Shown: positions 9,842 through 18,334 of the stretch, piece after piece
Position numbering within the stretch: the first letter of the stretch is position 1
How the letters are laid out: each line of letters begins with the position of its first letter
Made by a program: the position numbers and the translations under genes
The notes under the pieces: model-generated
The model's database searches: none
Seen by the model: only the letters and a program-made list of their open reading frames with translations
Told to the model about the DNA's origin: nothing
Source: a virus
Taxonomy: Duplodnaviria; Caudoviricetes
Virus record (IMG/VR): IMGVR_UViG_3300032024_000213
Coordinates: 1-32,279 of that record
Reading direction: 5' to 3' (one strand)
Length of the DNA stretch: 32,279 bases

Positions 9842-10786
9842 TCAGGCAAGGAACGACAGCGCGATGGCGTCGGACGGGGTCGAGCCCATGACCTTGAATG
9901 GGATTTCCCATGCGACGATGCCGTCCTGGTCGGCGCGCTTGGCCATGCCGAGCTGCGCGTTTTTGATGTCGACTCGCAGCGTTTCGCCACCGCCCGCGAT
10001 CTCGAAGAATAGGTTTTGGAGCGTGTGCGCCAGCGCCAACGCTTCCGGGTTGTAGGTGGCACGCTGCTCTTTGAACACCTTGATCGTGCCGCTCGGCCGG
10101 TAGAGGTCTTTGAGTCGTACGAAACGGCTGTTGGAGCCCTCGTAAATCTCGGGGCTCGCGCCGGTATCGACCGTCAGCGATATCGCGTCCAACTGGACGC
10201 CGCCGATATTTGCCAGGAACGTCTCGGTCTCGATCGCGACCGGCGAGCGGAATGCAGACAGATCGGCATTGGGCAACGCGGCGTCGGAGACGGCGACCGC
10301 GCCGGGCAGACCCACCAGCGTGAACTCGGCCGTCGCGAAATTGCGAATCGACAGGTCGAGCTTGCTTAGCGCGCCGCGCGCGTCCTGGCCAGCAATCAGC
10401 GTGCCGGAGTCGTAGCCGCCCAGGGTCACCATCTCGTACCCCGACGTGACCAGGCCATACACCGCGCTGGTCGCGACGGTCAGCACTTCGGCAAATCCGC
10501 AGGCGCGCAGCAGACGACCGATCGGCGCCGCAGCGCCGACCACGGCCGCGCCGCGCAGCTCGATCTTGCCCTTGTACTCGGCGCGCCGTTTGATATTGAC
10601 AAACGGGTCGTTTCCGTGACCGGCCTTGTCGAGCTTGCGCTCCAGTTCATCGGTCAGGAATTGGTAATCGCCGTCGAGCACCAGCATGCCGTCAGTGGCC
10701 GGCGACAGAACGATCGGCGTGCCGGCGACCGCCTGGATCGCGATCAGCAGCGCGCGGAGATTGGATTGTTGAACGTCAAGTGCCAT
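9842..10786 (-). CDS. Major tail tube protein (314 aa)
   Basis: Position before the chaperones, the 'LLRACGFAE' motif typical of this tube family, and an AGGAG RBS. No sheath gene is present. Confidence 0.8.
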   Translation of the reverse strand: MALDVQQSNLRALLIAIQAVAGTPIVLSPATDGMLVLDGDYQFLTDELERKLDKAGHGNDPFVNIKRRAEYKGKIELRGAAVVGAAAPIGRLLRACGFAEVLTVATSAVYGLVTSGYEMVTLGGYDSGTLIAGQDARGALSKLDLSIRNFATAEFTLVGLPGAVAVSDAALPNADLSAFRSPVAIETETFLANIGGVQLDAISLTVDTGASPEIYEGSNSRFVRLKDLYRPSGTIKVFKEQRATYNPEALALAHTLQNLFFEIAGGGETLRVDIKNAQLGMAKRADQDGIVAWEIPFKVMGSTPSDAIALSFLA

Positions 10787-10797
10787 GGGTCAGCTCC

Positions 10798-10980
10798 TCA
10801 GCGGCGGGTGGGTTTGGTGGCAGCGGCGGGCTGCGGGGATTCGGTGGTGTCGCCGGCATCGGCCGACGGCTCGGTCGGCTCGATGACCAGCACCGGCTTA
10901 CTGCCAGGCTTGTCGCAGACATAGCGGCCGCCGTGGGTCGGCAGGTTCGTGGGGGCTTTGTGCTTGGATTGCTTGCTCAT
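10798..10980 (-). CDS. Small hypothetical virion-module protein (60 aa)
   Basis: ATG at 10980 with a GGAG RBS, overlapping the upstream stop; contains a GGRY motif. Confidence 0.6.
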   Translation of the reverse strand: MSKQSKHKAPTNLPTHGGRYVCDKPGSKPVLVIEPTEPSADAGDTTESPQPAAATKPTRR

Positions 10981-11426
10981 TGTTGACTCCAATAGGTTGT
11001 CTGGTACGTTTCTTTCCACCACGCCACGCCATCGGCGTATCCGACGAGGGCGCCGGATACCAGCTCGATTGCTGTTGCCTGACCGGGGGCGAAGCCCGGG
11101 GGTGCTTTGCCGATCAGGGCCTGGCGCACATCACCCACCAGCTCGGTCAGTTGTGGCGCCGCCTGACCGCGTAGTTCTGCCGATCGGTATGAGCGGCTAG
11201 CCAGCACGACATCGAACCGCGTGGTGATCGCCTGCACCGCCGTCCGGGAGCCGCCCGACTGCGGTTTTGCGGACTCGCTCGACAGCAGCACGTAGCAGGC
11301 CGGCGCCGAGGGCGCCGCCTCTTTGCTCGCCGTCACGAAATCGGCGGCGCCGGCGACCAGGCGGAACGCCGGCACATCGGCCTGCAGTTGCGCAATCAGT
11401 GGAGTGATGTCGTAGGGGCCGAGCAT
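10977..11426 (-). CDS. Tail terminator protein (Mu gp37-like)
   Basis: Position after the gp36-like gene; 149 aa; P-A-C-Y-V and 'VRQALIG' patterns. Confidence 0.75.
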   Translation of the reverse strand: MLGPYDITPLIAQLQADVPAFRLVAGAADFVTASKEAAPSAPACYVLLSSESAKPQSGGSRTAVQAITTRFDVVLASRSYRSAELRGQAAPQLTELVGDVRQALIGKAPPGFAPGQATAIELVSGALVGYADGVAWWKETYQTTYWSQQ

Positions 11427-11923
11427 TAGTATTGCTCCAGCCGCTCGCGGGTCATCACGCGCGGCGGCGCACTGCTGGCCGGGCTGCCAGAAGGTGCGGT
11501 GGCAACCTCTGCAACGCCGAGACTCAGCTTGCCGTCACGGATCAGCGACAGGCCGGCGACTGCGTCGCGGTAGCGGCTGGCGATCGGCGCGTCGGCGTCC
11601 AGGTTGTCGTGCAGGCGGTAGCGCAGCACGTCGGTGGCCCAAGCTCGAACGATGCCCGGAATCGTCAAGAGCGGCAGCGTGTAGCGGGCGCCGAGATAGC
11701 CGTCGACCAGCTCGCCGGTGTCGGCGATCAGCCGGTCGATGCGCGCCAGCGCCTCATCGGCGGTCGCGATCTGCTCGGCGGCCCAGGCACTACGGTCTGA
11801 GCCTTCCAACGTCGCGGCCATCAGCGCCGCCGGCACGACCGGGGCATCGTCCGCGGTCGCCGCCTGGGCCAGCTCGGTGGCACCAGGCGACTGGAGCAGG
11901 TCGGCGTGGGTCAGGTAGATCAC
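11426..11923 (-). CDS. Head-tail adaptor (Mu gp36/DUF1320-like)
   Basis: Motifs VDGYLGARYTLPL, DVLRYRL and RYRDAV..L..IRDGKLSLG. Confidence 0.88.
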   Translation of the reverse strand: MIYLTHADLLQSPGATELAQAATADDAPVVPAALMAATLEGSDRSAWAAEQIATADEALARIDRLIADTGELVDGYLGARYTLPLLTIPGIVRAWATDVLRYRLHDNLDADAPIASRYRDAVAGLSLIRDGKLSLGVAEVATAPSGSPASSAPPRVMTRERLEQY

Positions 11924-12135
11924 CGTAAGCTGCCCTTGGTCCGTGCCTTGGCCTGCTTGCCACTGGGCGCGGCCTGCGCGGCCGGCTCGGCCTCGGCCGC
12001 CTGCTCATCCGGCGCGATGGCACCGACACGCAGCAGTGCCGCCGCGTCTACGGTGCTCAGATCGATACTATCGCCGACGGCGTAGCGGCTGCCGTCGTAG
12101 TGAATCGGGGTTTGCGCGGTGTACGAATTCATCAT
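11920..12135 (-). CDS. Small head-associated protein (71 aa)
   Basis: Y....PI.YDG..Y..GD.I.L...A..LL..GAI pattern; located right after the capsid gene; has an RBS. Confidence 0.7.
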   Translation of the reverse strand: MMNSYTAQTPIHYDGSRYAVGDSIDLSTVDAAALLRVGAIAPDEQAAEAEPAAQAAPSGKQAKARTKGSLR

Positions 12136-12229
12136 TCTGCCCTCTCAACAATAGCCGCACTCTCGCGGCTGTCACGCCTAGTTGCGGCGGCGTTCCCGGC
12201 CTGTGCGCTTCCTTGCGACGCTTGATGGG

Positions 12230-13162
12230 TTACGCGACCGCGTTCGTGAACAGGAATCCCGCATCGGCACCAGCGATCACCGGGCTGATCTCGTCGATCA
12301 CCGGATAGACCCAACTGCGGATGCTGCGATCCTGATACGCCTCTTCAACGATCGGGGCACCGTCCAGGCGATACGTGTAGCCGTAGCTCGGACGGCCGGC
12401 GTCGGCGACGCCACCGATGGCGGTGTAGGCGAGGATCGCGTCTTTGCCCCACACGTCGGTCATCACACCGTTGTCATCGAAGATCGCGTCGCCACTGACC
12501 ACTCGCTCCAAACCGAACAAGGAGGCCAGCAATTCCACGGTGGCCACGTCCCGGCTGGTGTATTTGATGCGATCGGTGATTTTCGGGTGGTTTTTGAGCT
12601 TCGCGAACACCGCCCCGCCAATCACCAGCGTGTTCGGTCGCACGCCGATTTGGGTACGGATCGCCTCTTTGGCGTCGTCGATCGCTGTGACCGGATCGCT
12701 GGCTGGGTCGGACCACTGACTGGCGCCGGCCAGGGTGAGCTTGTTGGTCGCGGCGTAGAGGGCCGCGTTGCGCGCAATGTCGGCCTGGGACTTTTCCAGG
12801 CGCAACCCAATGATGGCCTGCCCGCGATTCACTGCGGCGCTGCCAAGGTCGACGCCCGGCACCTGCTGTGCATCCTCCTGGAGTTCGTAGGGCACCGGTT
12901 CCTCGATGGCGTGCTGTTCGAGCGCGAACTGCCCGCTGCCGTAGCGCGAATTGATGCGCGCGATCTGCCCGCCAGGCGCGCGCGCGGTGTTGTACAGCTT
13001 GAAGTGCTCCTTACCGAACTCGATCACCCGGCCACCGCGCGCGCCAACCGGCACCGCGGGGAACAGCGACAGGCCGGCGAACGCGGCGTTCTGGTAGCCC
13101 CTGGCGATCTGGGTGAGCACCGGGTCGATCACACGGGATTGTGCAGCGGTCATCTGGGCCAT
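12230..13162 (-). CDS. Major capsid protein (310 aa)
   Basis: Motifs IDPVLTQIARGY, WSDPASDP and GVRPNTLVIG (capsid-E-like); follows protease and cement genes; GAGGA RBS. Confidence 0.9.
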   Translation of the reverse strand: MAQMTAAQSRVIDPVLTQIARGYQNAAFAGLSLFPAVPVGARGGRVIEFGKEHFKLYNTARAPGGQIARINSRYGSGQFALEQHAIEEPVPYELQEDAQQVPGVDLGSAAVNRGQAIIGLRLEKSQADIARNAALYAATNKLTLAGASQWSDPASDPVTAIDDAKEAIRTQIGVRPNTLVIGGAVFAKLKNHPKITDRIKYTSRDVATVELLASLFGLERVVSGDAIFDDNGVMTDVWGKDAILAYTAIGGVADAGRPSYGYTYRLDGAPIVEEAYQDRSIRSWVYPVIDEISPVIAGADAGFLFTNAVA

Positions 13163-13172
13163 GGTGGCGTCC

Positions 13173-13508
13173 TCAGTTCGGGATCAGGAAAATTTCAACG
13201 GTGTCGCCGTCGGCGGCAGCAGCGGTGATCGCGCGGGCGACGGTGATGCCGGCCGCCTTGGTCACCGCCTTGCCGGTGGCGCCGACTTCGACGGCCGCGC
13301 CGGCCGCAATCGCGGCACCGGCCGTCACGCTGGCGGTGCCAAGCGTGACGGCGGGCACCTGCTCGCCGATGGCGGCATCGCTCAGTGTGACGCCGATGGC
13401 GTTGCCAGCGGCAGCGGCTACGCCGCCGGTGGCAGAAACGAATCGCTCGGCGGTGAGCGCGGCGATGGCCAGAAAAGACAACTGCTGGGCGGGTCGGAAC
13501 TGATTCAT
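13173..13508 (-). CDS. Capsid cement/decoration protein (DUF2190-like)
   Basis: 111 aa, Ala/Gly-rich, AGAAIAAGAAVEVGATGKAV motif, located between protease and capsid. Confidence 0.8.
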   Translation of the reverse strand: MNQFRPAQQLSFLAIAALTAERFVSATGGVAAAAGNAIGVTLSDAAIGEQVPAVTLGTASVTAGAAIAAGAAVEVGATGKAVTKAAGITVARAITAAAADGDTVEIFLIPN

Positions 13509-13523
13509 GTGTGGTCCTCGATG

Positions 13524-14000
13524 TCAGTGCTGGGCCTGCACCGCGCGGACCGCGGTCAGGTAGTCGGTTTTGTTGGTGGCCTGCCAAGCCACGGCGCGGG
13601 TGTGCAGATCGAGGCCGGACTCGGACAAGCGATAGCCGCCCGGGATTTTCGGCAGCGGCACGCGGGGGCTGGCGAGCGCCGCGGCAGCCGCGGCGTGCTC
13701 ACCGAGCGCGACCCGTGCCGGCAGCGCGGACAGATGCGCCCGCAGCAGATCGATGGCCGGTGTCGCCTGCTCGCCTTCCGCGAGCGTCACGGCCGCGACC
13801 GAATGCAGTCGCTCCATGATCTGTGCGAGTGAGCCGACTTCGGCCGCGGTGACTCTGCCGGCAGCGACGTGCTGCTCGACTTCCGCGCGAAAACCGGCCA
13901 GCCGCAGCTCGGTCTCGCGTCGGTTCAACGCCGCCTCGCGGGCGGTGAGCGCGGCGTCGCGCTCGCTCAGTTGGGTTTGGTTGGGGGTGGTCTGGTTCAT
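13524..14000 (-). CDS. Internal in-frame scaffolding protein (Mu gpZ-like, 158 aa)
   Basis: In-frame ATG (MNQTTPNQ) preceded by GAGGA at 7 nt, right after the protease domain; coiled-coil sequence follows. Confidence 0.7.
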   Translation of the reverse strand: MNQTTPNQTQLSERDAALTAREAALNRRETELRLAGFRAEVEQHVAAGRVTAAEVGSLAQIMERLHSVAAVTLAEGEQATPAIDLLRAHLSALPARVALGEHAAAAAALASPRVPLPKIPGGYRLSESGLDLHTRAVAWQATNKTDYLTAVRAVQAQH

Positions 14001-14528
14001 CGATCGTTCCTCGCAAGTGATGGACAAGACGCCCTGCTCGGCGTCCGCGTTGAGGCGCACCGCTTGCAGGCCCTTGACGGCCGGCGGGCGGGCACCGAGA
14101 AAACCCAGGTGCCTGAGGCTCCAGACGCCAGGCGCTGGATTGCCCGGCGCATCCGGCGTCCACAGTGCGACCGACACAGCGGCGTAGCGTCGCTCGCGGA
14201 TTAGCTCGGCCATTTCGGGGAGCAGATCGACCTCCAGCCACAAGCCGAACTCATCGGCACTGGTCGCCAGCACCCAGCCCCAGGCCGGATCGTCGGTCAG
14301 CGGGTGACCGATCACCACAGGCGCCTGGTAGCGCGTGGGATCGTAGGCTGATGCCATGGCCATGATGTCGTCGACCGTCAACGTCAGATCGATCGGTGCC
14401 GCGGGAAAGGTCCCCGGCCGCAGCGCATGGATGCGAGCCCGCGTCAGAGGGGGGGCTGACGCGGGTGGCGTGCCGAGGGCGGGATCGGCGGCTGCGGCTG
14501 CGGCGGGGAGTTCGGTGAGTGCGTCCAT
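13524..14528 (-). CDS. Capsid maturation protease/scaffold (Mu gpI-like)
   Basis: Motifs APVVIGHP...PAWGWV and LRHLGFLGARPPAVKGL. ATG at 14528 is preferred over GTG at 14537. Confidence 0.9.
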   Translation of the reverse strand: MDALTELPAAAAAADPALGTPPASAPPLTRARIHALRPGTFPAAPIDLTLTVDDIMAMASAYDPTRYQAPVVIGHPLTDDPAWGWVLATSADEFGLWLEVDLLPEMAELIRERRYAAVSVALWTPDAPGNPAPGVWSLRHLGFLGARPPAVKGLQAVRLNADAEQGVLSITCEERSMNQTTPNQTQLSERDAALTAREAALNRRETELRLAGFRAEVEQHVAAGRVTAAEVGSLAQIMERLHSVAAVTLAEGEQATPAIDLLRAHLSALPARVALGEHAAAAAALASPRVPLPKIPGGYRLSESGLDLHTRAVAWQATNKTDYLTAVRAVQAQH

Positions 14529-14579
14529 GTCGGCCACAATGCCGACGCATCGATACGCGCGTCAGACCGGCGTGAGTCG
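14529..14579 (-). promoter_or_regulatory. Putative activator-dependent late promoter (head operon)
   Basis: CGAC-TCAC-GCCG-GTCTG-N21-CATTGT-N7-ATG, the same architecture as upstream of the lysis gene. Confidence 0.55.
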
Positions 14580-14800
14580 CACCCATATTGCCGATTGCCT
14601 GTAGGAGCGACGGCACGTCGCGAACGTCGCATGCCATCCGTGCGGACGGACGGTCACCCTCATGCCCGTTATGCCGGCCCATGCAAAACCGTCTGTGCGG
14701 CGTTTTAACGCCGGTCTGAGGTTGGTAGCCACCCTGGCCCAAAGAAAAACCTCAAACGCAAATTGAATGCGTTTAAACGGCTTCCTGGCGATTCCAGGAC

Positions 14801-15334
14801 CTACCCGACCAACCACCTGCCCAGAATGTCCTCGACGATGCCCCGATCAGCGTCCGACAGACCCACGAATGGCCGTGCCGGGATATCGCCCCAGGGGATC
14901 GGCGAGCCCCGGCTCGTTGACCCGAAGGCGCCCTTCGCGGCGCCGAACTGCTGGACACCAGCATAGGGTAGACCGGACCCGATTTCGACCCCAGCACCGA
15001 TGACCTGGTGGAATATCTCGTCGCCCAGGCGTTTGCTCTCGCCGATCAGCGGCTGCTTGCGGCCGGCGCGCGCCGCACCACGCTTGGACAGCGAGCCGTC
15101 TTTCTTGCGCGAGCCGCTGAACTTGTCGAGCAGGCGATCCACCGTGACCGGGCTATTGGGTGCCCATGTCGAGCCGTCCGGCGCCTGGCTGGTGGCAAAC
15201 CGCTGCTTTGTCGTCTCGGACAGCGCTTCACCGATCTGGTTGAGCGGCGGGAACAGATCGGCACCGCGATCGATCAGACGCTGGAGCGCCGCTTGCGCGG
15301 CCTGGTCGTCGAGTTGTATCAAGATGCCAGCCAT
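14801..15334 (-). CDS. Virion morphogenesis/tail completion protein (Mu gpG-like)
   Basis: Motifs RF.....PDG..WAPNSP.T, YAGVQQFG and IPARPFVGLS. Start at MAGILIQ (15334). Confidence 0.9.
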   Translation of the reverse strand: MAGILIQLDDQAAQAALQRLIDRGADLFPPLNQIGEALSETTKQRFATSQAPDGSTWAPNSPVTVDRLLDKFSGSRKKDGSLSKRGAARAGRKQPLIGESKRLGDEIFHQVIGAGVEIGSGLPYAGVQQFGAAKGAFGSTSRGSPIPWGDIPARPFVGLSDADRGIVEDILGRWLVG

Positions 15335-15395
15335 TCTGTATACTCTGTGCTGCGGGGCCGGTTGCATCCTTCCGTCGTGCTCAAACCACGAAGCG

Positions 15396-16679
15396 CTACG
15401 GACGTAGGGAAGGGGGACGGCCCCGTTTCCACATCGATTGCAGTCCGAGCATGCGCCGCTGGGCTCGGACCTCGAACACCGCGACATACTCCAGACCGTT
15501 GATCTGCGCGATCACCCGCACAGCGGGGCGGCCGATGTCGGTGACGCCGGCAGCCTCGATCCGATCCGCCTGCGCGATTATCCTGGGCAGCAGCGCGTAA
15601 TCGCCCACCACGACCGCGGTCTGTCCGCTCAGCGCTTCTGCCTTGTCATCGCCGTGGTCTTTCCTGATCTTGTTCACCGCAGACCTATCGATCGTCCAGT
15701 CGAACAATTCCTCGCGCAGCCTGGCTACACCGGACAGGCCGGCGATTCGATTGGCCTCAGCGCTGGTCAACAGCCCCAGGGTCTGGTTCGGTGGCAGATC
15801 GATGGGTAGCTGGATTGGCACGCCGTTGCGCTCGCCAAGGGCGCCTTCTGCGTAGCGGCGGGCAGCGGCGCCGGTCTCGGGCAACCCTCGCTGGGCAGTG
15901 GCCAAAGCGTCACGCAGCGCGGGCGGTACCGCCGACATGTACGCCTTGGCCAACTCATATCGCCATGCAATGGTCTTCGCGGCGACCGACTGCTGCACCG
16001 TGTCGATGGCGGTGTTACCGGGCTGGAACGCCCAACCCTCATCGATCCCCACCGGCGCACCGGTCTTGGGGTCGATCTTCTGCCAGTTGCCCGGCAACGT
16101 CTTGTCCGGATCGCCGCCGAGCTTGCGGGCCAGCGCCGGGTCGCTGACACCGAACGCGCGGCAGCGGCAGCCCCAACCATTCGGCGGATAGTGGGTCTTC
16201 CAGAACTTGTGCTGACGCGGCAGCACCAGGCCGTCCCAGCTCAGATGGAGCGGGCGTGGGTGCAACACGCTGTCATTATGTTTGTACACCCAGAACGGCG
16301 AGTGCTGGAGCTGCGCCAGCCGCCCGGCCGCGTAGCTGGTCGCGGCGTTCGTGTTGTAGATCACCCGGGTGCGCCAGTCGCGGCCTCCGTTGAAGTCCCA
16401 GCCATGGCGGGCCACGGTGGCGTCGAAATTGCGCCGGAAGGTCTCGATGGTGCCACCTTCGAACAACGCTTGGTCCACGGCGGCGGCCAGATCGGCCAGC
16501 AGATCGGCCTTGGCCGCGCCGGCAACCATGAATGCCTTGTCGTGCTCTGCCTGCCACAGATCGCGCCAGGTCTGGGTCGGCACCAGCCGGCCCAGCTTGC
16601 CACGGAAGAACGCGACCTGTTCGGGGAACGGTCGCTTCAGCACCGCGGCGATGGCCGGGTCAAGCGCGGCGGTGGCCAT
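15396..16679 (-). CDS. MuF head morphogenesis protein with a C-terminal PBECR-like nuclease extension
   Basis: MuF motifs (AFMVAGA, HPRPLHLSWDG, YPPNGWGCRC). C-terminus HGD..AE..SGQ....DYALLP.II...D....VFEVR....SMWK resembles the PBECR3 family. Start MATAALDP at 16679. Confidence 0.85.
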   Translation of the reverse strand: MATAALDPAIAAVLKRPFPEQVAFFRGKLGRLVPTQTWRDLWQAEHDKAFMVAGAAKADLLADLAAAVDQALFEGGTIETFRRNFDATVARHGWDFNGGRDWRTRVIYNTNAATSYAAGRLAQLQHSPFWVYKHNDSVLHPRPLHLSWDGLVLPRQHKFWKTHYPPNGWGCRCRAFGVSDPALARKLGGDPDKTLPGNWQKIDPKTGAPVGIDEGWAFQPGNTAIDTVQQSVAAKTIAWRYELAKAYMSAVPPALRDALATAQRGLPETGAAARRYAEGALGERNGVPIQLPIDLPPNQTLGLLTSAEANRIAGLSGVARLREELFDWTIDRSAVNKIRKDHGDDKAEALSGQTAVVVGDYALLPRIIAQADRIEAAGVTDIGRPAVRVIAQINGLEYVAVFEVRAQRRMLGLQSMWKRGRPPSLRP

Positions 16680-16854
16680 GCGCGCGCTCCCAGTCGTCAC
16701 GGCAATCGGTATCGCACCAACGCAGCGGCTCGCGCAGCGGCGCACCACAGGACAGGCAGCGCCCGGTGGCGGTCGGCCCGGACGCACTGCGCAGCCTCAG
16801 CAGGTGATCCAGCTCGCGCTGCATACGCTCGGCGCTGAAATCCGCCTCATCCAC
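16660..16854 (-). CDS. Small C4 zinc-finger protein (TraR/DksA-like N-terminal DxAD, 64 aa)
   Basis: GTG start after AGGAG; sequence MDEADFSAE...CLSC...WCDTDC; overlaps the portal stop and the MuF start. Confidence 0.7.
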   Translation of the reverse strand: MDEADFSAERMQRELDHLLRLRSASGPTATGRCLSCGAPLREPLRWCDTDCRDDWERAHGHRRA

Positions 16855-18334
16855 CGCTGGACTCCTGCTCCAAGTCGAATCGGCCGGCCAGGTCGGCCGC
16901 GGCAAAGCCCATGGCCATAACCTCGGTCAGGCGTTCGGTGGACAGGTCGCCGTAGGCGGCCAGCAGGTCGTCGCGCAGCCGTTCCAGCGAGTCGGCACGC
17001 TCGACCAACGTCCGAATGCGGTCGAGAATGTCGATCCAGTGCGGCGCGGTCTCGGCATCCAGGCGGTCGGCGATCGGATTGATCGGCGTGGGGTCGGGTT
17101 CGGCCTCGGCGGCGGTGACCCGCAATGCCCCTGGTGCATCCGCGGGCGTCGGCGATGCACCTGGTGCATTGCCCGCCGTGGCCGTCGTGCGCACGTAGCC
17201 AGGCCCGTAGACCTCGGCCGCGGTGGCATCGTCCAGCACGAAGCCGATCTGCGACAGCTTCAGGTCGCGCTCGGCGCGCTGATTGGCGTCCTCCGCATCG
17301 TCCAGGTTGCGCCACACCGTGGGATACGCAGCGCCGGGCAGGGTCAGATCGATCAGCCAGCGGATCCAACTGCGGTTAGCTGAATCCGATACCAGGTCCG
17401 CATCGGCGCGCACGATGTCCTGGCGCACGTCCATATGCACTTGCGCCTGGGCGCGGCTGCTACCGTCCTGCGTCGTCATCGTCTGGCCCAGGATGACCTT
17501 CGCGATCGCCGAATCCCAGTAGGCCAGCCATTGCTCATAGCTGGCGGTGCCGCCGCGGGCGGCCTCCAGCAGATCGATCTGCATACCTTCCGGCAGCACG
17601 ATGCCGGCGTCGGTCTGCACCGACTCGACAGCCTCCAGCAGCCGGGCGCGGGTGGCGTCGTCGGTGCCCGCGGGGAAGTGGCCGACCGAGGTCGGCGCCG
17701 CGAATTTCTCCAGGTAGGTCGCCCAGAACCGAGTGCCGTTGCGCTTGAACCACACTGGCCAGTACAGCGCGTGCGCCAGGCCGCGCCCGTAGGGCTCATC
17801 ATAATGACTGGCACCGATCGCCAGCTGCCAGAACTTGCAGTCGGGCAGCATCTCGCCGTTGGGGTTGCTGCTGGTCCGCAGAAGCAACCGGCCATCGGGT
17901 GCAAAGCCGAAGCGGGCGCGGTCGCGTACCCTGAGCGCCTCGATGCCGATGCCGCTGCGGTCGGCGCGCCATATCACTTCTGCGACAGCAAAACCATAAA
18001 AACGCGCGTAGAGCATCTGATCTGTTATCTGGTCCCAGCCGATCGAATCCAGGGTGGCGCGCAGCAGGTCGGCCGCCTGCTGGTCGATGCGGCGCGGACC
18101 GCCGGCATCGACTGTCCACGGCCGGCACACCACGGCCAGGCGGCGCTGGCCGAAGCAGGCGGCGACCTGGTCGTCACGCAGCAGCTCCTCATAGCCGCGC
18201 CAGCCACCGGCCAGCGGCAGCACCCGGTCGGTCGGTGGCAGTATTGGTAAGGAGTCGACGAAGCCGCGGGTGATGTCGCGGCCGTCGCGGGTGGTGGCGA
18301 TCTCGGTCGCCATGGTCTTGCGGTCAGTAGCCAT
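16847..18334 (-). CDS. Portal protein (Mu gp29/DUF935)
   Basis: Motifs YGFAVAEVIW, PYGRGL...LYWPVWFK, W..YLEKF and IAKVILGQTMTT. Confidence 0.93.
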   Translation of the reverse strand: MATDRKTMATEIATTRDGRDITRGFVDSLPILPPTDRVLPLAGGWRGYEELLRDDQVAACFGQRRLAVVCRPWTVDAGGPRRIDQQAADLLRATLDSIGWDQITDQMLYARFYGFAVAEVIWRADRSGIGIEALRVRDRARFGFAPDGRLLLRTSSNPNGEMLPDCKFWQLAIGASHYDEPYGRGLAHALYWPVWFKRNGTRFWATYLEKFAAPTSVGHFPAGTDDATRARLLEAVESVQTDAGIVLPEGMQIDLLEAARGGTASYEQWLAYWDSAIAKVILGQTMTTQDGSSRAQAQVHMDVRQDIVRADADLVSDSANRSWIRWLIDLTLPGAAYPTVWRNLDDAEDANQRAERDLKLSQIGFVLDDATAAEVYGPGYVRTTATAGNAPGASPTPADAPGALRVTAAEAEPDPTPINPIADRLDAETAPHWIDILDRIRTLVERADSLERLRDDLLAAYGDLSTERLTEVMAMGFAAADLAGRFDLEQESSGG

